Positions 60,420 through 64,000 of a DNA stretch of 64,000 bases are shown in pieces (position 1 is the stretch's first letter; the number at the start of each line of letters is the position of its first letter). The stretch spans positions 376 to 64,375 of the forward strand of contig JBAYUI010000002.1 of NCBI GenBank assembly GCA_041675165.1. The letters run 5' to 3'. This DNA is from Parcubacteria group bacterium. Its GTDB lineage: Bacteria; Patescibacteriota; Minisyncoccia; Moranbacterales; UBA2206. The translations under genes were made by a program, and so were the position numbers. The notes under the pieces were generated by a model. The model was not told where the DNA came from, searched no databases, and was given only the letters and a program-made list of their open reading frames with translations.

Positions 60420-61193
60420 ATGGCAAATGTTTTAGTTTCCATATACTCTTGGGAGGCTCATCGGATTTGTGACGCAGGTTCTTTTGATATAAAAAAAGGT
60501 TCGAAGGTCATCGTTTCACTGGAGAATGGGAATGAACTAGGCATTATTATGGATATGCATGCCGCGCCCGGCGAAAGGTCCGACAAGATTATCCGGCTGG
60601 CGACCGTTCATGATACTGAGATCTATGAAAAATATGAAAAGGAGAAGGAAGCTTTTTTGAAGTTCTGCCATCGAGAAGTGAAAAAGCAGGATCTTCCGAT
60701 GAAGATAATCGACGCGCGCATCAGTCTGGACGGGAAGCAATTGACTTTTGTCTTTACGGCGGACACGCGGGTGGATTTTCGAGAGCTGGTGAAGAATATC
60801 TCCAAAGAATCCAAACGGGGCGTGCGGATGCAGCAGATCGGGAGTCGGGATGAAGCGAGGAAGCTGGGAGGATTTGGGATCTGCGGCCGAGAATTGTGTT
60901 GCGTGAAATTTCCCGGCAGCATCCCGAGCATTACGACCGATATGGCCAAGGTCCAGCAGATCGCTCATCGAGGATCAGAAAGAATCTCGGGCTTATGTGG
61001 AAGGTTGATGTGCTGCTTGGCCTATGAAGCGGAACAATACAGGAGTCTTTTGGCGGGTATGCCGGAACTCTACAGCGTAGTGAATACCAAGGAAGGCCGA
61101 GGAACCGTGATCGAGATAAACGCCGGTACGCAAGAAATCAAGGTTAAGATAGAAAATGGCAAATATGTGATTTTGAAAAAAGAAGATTTGTAG
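60420..61193 (+). CDS. PSP1 C-terminal-domain protein (RicT/YaaT-like)
   Basis: Conserved GICGRELCC and GLCGRLMCCLAYE motifs typical of YaaT/RicT. Confidence 0.8.
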   Translation: MANVLVSIYSWEAHRICDAGSFDIKKGSKVIVSLENGNELGIIMDMHAAPGERSDKIIRLATVHDTEIYEKYEKEKEAFLKFCHREVKKQDLPMKIIDARISLDGKQLTFVFTADTRVDFRELVKNISKESKRGVRMQQIGSRDEARKLGGFGICGRELCCVKFPGSIPSITTDMAKVQQIAHRGSERISGLCGRLMCCLAYEAEQYRSLLAGMPELYSVVNTKEGRGTVIEINAGTQEIKVKIENGKYVILKKEDL

Positions 61194-61240
61194 GAAAGCG
61201 AAAGAGCTGCGGAAAAGTTAAAAACAAACCAATAAATCAG

Positions 61241-61957
61241 ATGTTGTATTCCATCATTCCTCCGGCATTAGTCGTATTGAGTCTTGTCGGAATCATAATA
61301 ATTCTCATGAAAAAAGCGCCGCAAATGGCGCGTTTGGAAGACAACAAGAACCTGTTTTCTGAAGAGGAGCGCAAAGAGCGGGAGCTTTCCGCCAGATATG
61401 CCGCCCTGAAAAGAGAAAATAGGAAATCTTTCAAAGAATTTTTTTTGGCGACCATCACGGGGATTGTGGGAGCGTTGAAGGGGCTGGGCCTGTTTTTCAT
61501 CCGCTTCTTCGGTTCCGGCAAGGCGGCTTTGCGCAAGATTAATGATGATGCCAAGGCGAAGATCGAAGCGCGCGGCGCGGCCAAGAAGCACCCCCGACAG
61601 GAAGAGGCGCAGAATGATTTTTTCCGCCGCCGAGCTGACCGGCAGATCCGGATAGCCGATGAGGAAAGATATGCGCCAGAAGAGCTGCAGGAGGAACTGG
61701 AGAGAGCGGCGAGTGCTTCGCAGAAGGAAGAGAAAAAAGCCGAGAAAAAAGATCTTTTCGAAAAGATCCTAATTGATCGGATCGCGAGCAATCCGAAAGA
61801 CATTGAAGCGTATGAACGGTTGGGAGAATATTATCTGGAGATCGAGAATTGGGAATATGGCAAAGAATGTTTCAAGCAGGTGATCAAGCTCAATCCGAGG
61901 AACATCAACGCGCGGAGCAGAATGCGGAAGTTGGAAAAGATTTTGAGCAAGCGATGA
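61241..61957 (+). CDS. Hypothetical membrane-anchored protein with a C-terminal TPR-like repeat
   Basis: N-terminal TM (IIPPALVVLSLVGIIIILM), charged coiled region, TPR-like ECFKQVIKLNPRNINARSRM. Confidence 0.5.
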   Translation: MLYSIIPPALVVLSLVGIIIILMKKAPQMARLEDNKNLFSEEERKERELSARYAALKRENRKSFKEFFLATITGIVGALKGLGLFFIRFFGSGKAALRKINDDAKAKIEARGAAKKHPRQEEAQNDFFRRRADRQIRIADEERYAPEELQEELERAASASQKEEKKAEKKDLFEKILIDRIASNPKDIEAYERLGEYYLEIENWEYGKECFKQVIKLNPRNINARSRMRKLEKILSKR

Positions 61958-61971
61958 TTGTCATAAAAAAT

Positions 61972-62047
61972 GCCTGAGTAGCTCAGCTGGTTAGAGCAAC
62001 TGTTTTGTAAACAGTAGGTCGTCGGTCCGAATCCGACCTCAGGCTCA
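61972..62047 (+). tRNA. tRNA-Thr(UGU)
   Basis: gcctgag/ta/gctc-agctggttag-gagc/a/actgt-ttTGTaa-acagt/aggtc/gtcgg-tccgaat-ccgac/ctcaggc/t. 76 nt cloverleaf. Confidence 0.85.
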
Positions 62048-62131
62048 GAAGGCATATTAGCAGTTTATCATTTTAGCAAAACTCTTTTTTATGCTAATAT
62101 GTTAAAATGTTAATATGATGAAATGAATATT

Positions 62132-62214
62132 GGGTCGGTGGCAGAGTGGTCAATTGCACCTGACTGTAAATCAGGCGACGTAAGTCTACGGCGGTTCAAA
62201 TCCGTCCCGGCCCA
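62132..62214 (+). tRNA. tRNA-Tyr(GUA), type II with long variable arm
   Basis: gggtcgg...cctga-ctGTAaa-tcagg...ggcgg-ttcaaat-ccgtc-ccggccc-a. 83 nt. Confidence 0.85.
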
Positions 62215-62240
62215 CACAATTTGATGTTAGTGAATAGTTT

Positions 62241-62517
62241 GCCGTTGTAGCTCAGTTGGTAGAGCATTTCCATGGTAAAAATTTGCCCACCGTTTGGAAA
62301 ACTAAACAGTGCATACCCGAATAACGGTTAAAGACCTAGTATCAGGTTCAGACCGTGGCATCTTGTTGTGGCAAGAGGCCCGAACGACTGACAAGGGGGG
62401 CTAAATCCCACGTAAATGGGACATGTCCGATATACAGTCTAATCCTTTAATAGATATTTTATAAAATAAAGGTTCAAATGAAGGAAAAGGTCTCCGGTCC
62501 GATTCCGGACAACGGCT
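62241..62517 (+). tRNA. tRNA-Thr(GGU) interrupted by a 204-nt intervening sequence after anticodon-loop position 36
   Basis: 5' half 62241-62276 gccgttg/ta/gctc-agttggta-gagc/a/tttcc-atGGT. 3' half 62481-62517 aa-ggaaa/aggtc/tccgg-tccgatt-ccgga/caacggc/t. The halves give a perfect 73-nt cloverleaf that parallels tRNA-Thr(UGU). Confidence 0.75.
62277..62480 (+). ncRNA. Putative self-splicing (group I-like) intron inside tRNA-Thr(GGU)
   Basis: 204 nt. The 5' exon ends in U and the intervening sequence ends in G (ggttcaaatG), as at group I splice sites. Internal hairpins (cccacgtaaatggg, ggacatgtcc). gactg...cagtc could form a P7-like pairing. No ORF. Confidence 0.45.
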
Positions 62518-62549
62518 CAGTAAGTTGTAATTATGTAATATCTAATAAT

Positions 62550-62705
62550 ATGGCACGAGAAAACCTAGTGAAGATGAAATGCAGCGTGTGCAATTCCATC
62601 AATCATTTCACGAAAAGGAATAAGAAGAAGATCAAGGAGAAATTGGAGCTGAAGAAGTTCTGCAAGAAATGCCGAACAAATACGGTGCATAAGGAGATGA
62701 AATAA
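62550..62705 (+). CDS. rpmG: Ribosomal protein L33 (zinc-ribbon form)
   Basis: MARENLVKMKCSVCNSINHFTKRNKKKIKEKLELKKFCKKCRTNTVHKEMK, 51 aa. The 62478 start in the ORF track overlaps the tRNA exon and is not real. Confidence 0.85.
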   Translation: MARENLVKMKCSVCNSINHFTKRNKKKIKEKLELKKFCKKCRTNTVHKEMK

Positions 62706-62832
62706 GACCCGGCTGCGGCGGAATTTTCAATTCACAAATTTTCAATTTTCAATGAATTTTCAATTCTTTAATTTTTAAATTTTAAAATTGGGATTTGTTT
62801 GAAAATTGAAAATTGGAGTTTGAAAATTCCAT
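62706..62832. repeat. Intergenic simple-repeat hairpin (ttttcaatt / aattgaaaa units)
   Basis: ttcaattcacaaattttcaattttcaatgaattttcaattc...ttgaaaattgaaaattggagtttgaaaattcc. Confidence 0.55.
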
Positions 62833-62845
62833 GCGAAGCATGGCT

Positions 62846-62918
62846 GCGGGCGTCGTATAGTGGCTATTACATCGGTCTCCAAAACCGATTACGGGGGTTC
62901 AATTCCCTCCGCCCGTGC
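62846..62918 (+). tRNA. tRNA-Trp(CCA)
   Basis: gcgggcg/tc/gtat...tcggt-ctCCAaa-accga/ttacg/ggggg-ttcaatt-ccctc/cgcccgt/g. G1-U72 wobble at the top of the acceptor stem. Confidence 0.75.
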
Positions 62919-63138
62919 ATTTAAAAAGAATTACGTAATTAATTACGTAATTCTTTTTGTTTTTGCCAAAAATCTAGCTGAGGCGTAGAATGGATTTATA
63001 TAAGCTATTATTGATGAGTTGAGGACCGTCCTCGACTGGGTTTAATCCTCGACTGGGTTTAGTATTGATTGCTTTGGCGGCGAAGGGTTAGTTTTCTGAT
63101 ATTATTTTATTGCGCTTTAGGAATATTAAAAAATTATT

Positions 63139-63969
63139 ATGGAAAAGATATATTATGTGTGTTTGAATTTAGACAACCCAATTGTTGCTTGGGAGGTTTG
63201 CAGAGGTCGCATAATAAGCTGTGATAAAATAGAAGATAAGAGTTTTAACCCTCTGAGTTTCTGGTATGTAGAATATTTGCGTCGTATACTTTCAAACACG
63301 AACACGTCAAAAAATGAAACTAAGCTGGAGATCTTCCGACAGCAATATTTTCCCAAAGAAGTGTCTCGATTGAAGGGCTTGTACCTGTTTGAATCATTAG
63401 AAACTGCCAAACAAGCAAAGGTTGATTGGGACATGCAGGGGGTTATAGCCGAAGTTATACTTAAAAACAACGAACATATAACAAAAGTTGACGCTAAATG
63501 GATTACGGAGAATTTGCCTAGCTTAGAAGAGAGTGATTGGATGATGAAATATTGGTCTGGCCAACAATATAACGAGTTTCCCCATTGGGAATTGATTGTT
63601 TCTGGCGAACTTGAAATAGTTGATAAGAAACTTATCCATGAAGCATATGAAAATGTAGCTATTAAATGGCCAGCATCAATACCACTCTTGAAATTATCAA
63701 TAATAGCTTCAGTCCTTGAATCTGAATTAGGGCATATAGTTCCTATAATTTTAGAAGAACAGATTGGAATTTGTGAAGTAACTTACATAATAAATATGGG
63801 AGATATGAACAGATCTTCATTTCTACAAAAGCTTGATAAATATCTGGCTGATAATGAAATTGCTAAATTTTATGAGAGCAGTGCTGATTTTATTACACCT
63901 GGCTTACGAGAATATGTTTTTAAATTCGAATTTGAAGATAAAGAAAGTACAAGTTTAATAAAAATATAA
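63139..63969 (+). CDS. Hypothetical protein (AT-rich)
   Basis: 276-aa ORF. No family recognised. Confidence 0.45.
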   Translation: MEKIYYVCLNLDNPIVAWEVCRGRIISCDKIEDKSFNPLSFWYVEYLRRILSNTNTSKNETKLEIFRQQYFPKEVSRLKGLYLFESLETAKQAKVDWDMQGVIAEVILKNNEHITKVDAKWITENLPSLEESDWMMKYWSGQQYNEFPHWELIVSGELEIVDKKLIHEAYENVAIKWPASIPLLKLSIIASVLESELGHIVPIILEEQIGICEVTYIINMGDMNRSSFLQKLDKYLADNEIAKFYESSADFITPGLREYVFKFEFEDKESTSLIKI

Positions 63970-64000
63970 TACAAGTAATAAATTTTTTAGGACTGCAGCG

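Noticed and set aside
62478-62705. 75-aa ORF as annotated in the six-frame track
   Set aside because: Its first 24 codons overlap the tRNA-Thr 3' exon. The real gene is rpmG starting at the ATG at 62550 (MARENLVK...).

Overview
This is a 64-kb chromosomal window from a small, AT-rich genome that looks like a Patescibacteria/CPR-type bacterium. The evidence is short tRNA synthetases, a K-rich L31 tail, DGR machinery and many simple-repeat hairpins between genes. The backbone is housekeeping. Left to right: F1 ATP synthase gamma(partial)/beta/epsilon; a five-gene complex-I / group-4-hydrogenase-like membrane module; leuS; a sugar nucleotidyltransferase; an NRAMP transporter; rlmN; dxs; an AT-rich island (dinD, a PD-(D/E)xK nuclease-like protein, DUF1508); a MacB-type ABC pair; tRNA-Leu; parA-parB; diversity-generating retroelement (DGR) machinery; relA/spoT; topA; dprA; a sigma-region-4 protein plus a membrane protein plus a T4CP-like ATPase; mnmA; alaS; tyrS; an MNT/HEPN toxin-antitoxin pair; ftsA; an alpha-operon-like ribosomal block (infA-rpmJ-rpsM-rpsK-rpsD-rpoA-rplQ); rplM-rpsI; rpmE; rpsB-tsf; a PSP1/RicT protein; and a tRNA cluster (Thr, Tyr, an interrupted Thr, Trp) with rpmG. 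The most unusual signal is the membrane module: every canonical [4Fe-4S] and [NiFe] cysteine ligand is replaced, which matches a redox-cofactor-free 'Ehr'-type complex, and it sits directly downstream of atpD-atpC. Other notable signals: (1) a DGR reverse transcriptase with an inverted avd and a clear Asn-codon-rich template repeat, but no matching VR found by eye in the window; (2) a ~165-aa ANT(2'')/Lnu-family nucleotidyltransferase domain inserted in-frame into leuS as a low-GC patch; (3) one ~60-75 bp compound-hairpin element inserted in-frame in both rlmN and dxs, resembling Rickettsia palindromic elements; (4) a tRNA-Thr(GGU) gene split by a 204-nt intervening sequence after anticodon position 36, a candidate group I intron; (5) a family of long simple-repeat hairpins between genes, with related motifs forming in-frame low-complexity insertions in leuS and mnmA; (6) two copies of a ~95-bp imperfect palindrome with CACGTG cores that each start exactly at a stop codon, one bridging parA-parB.
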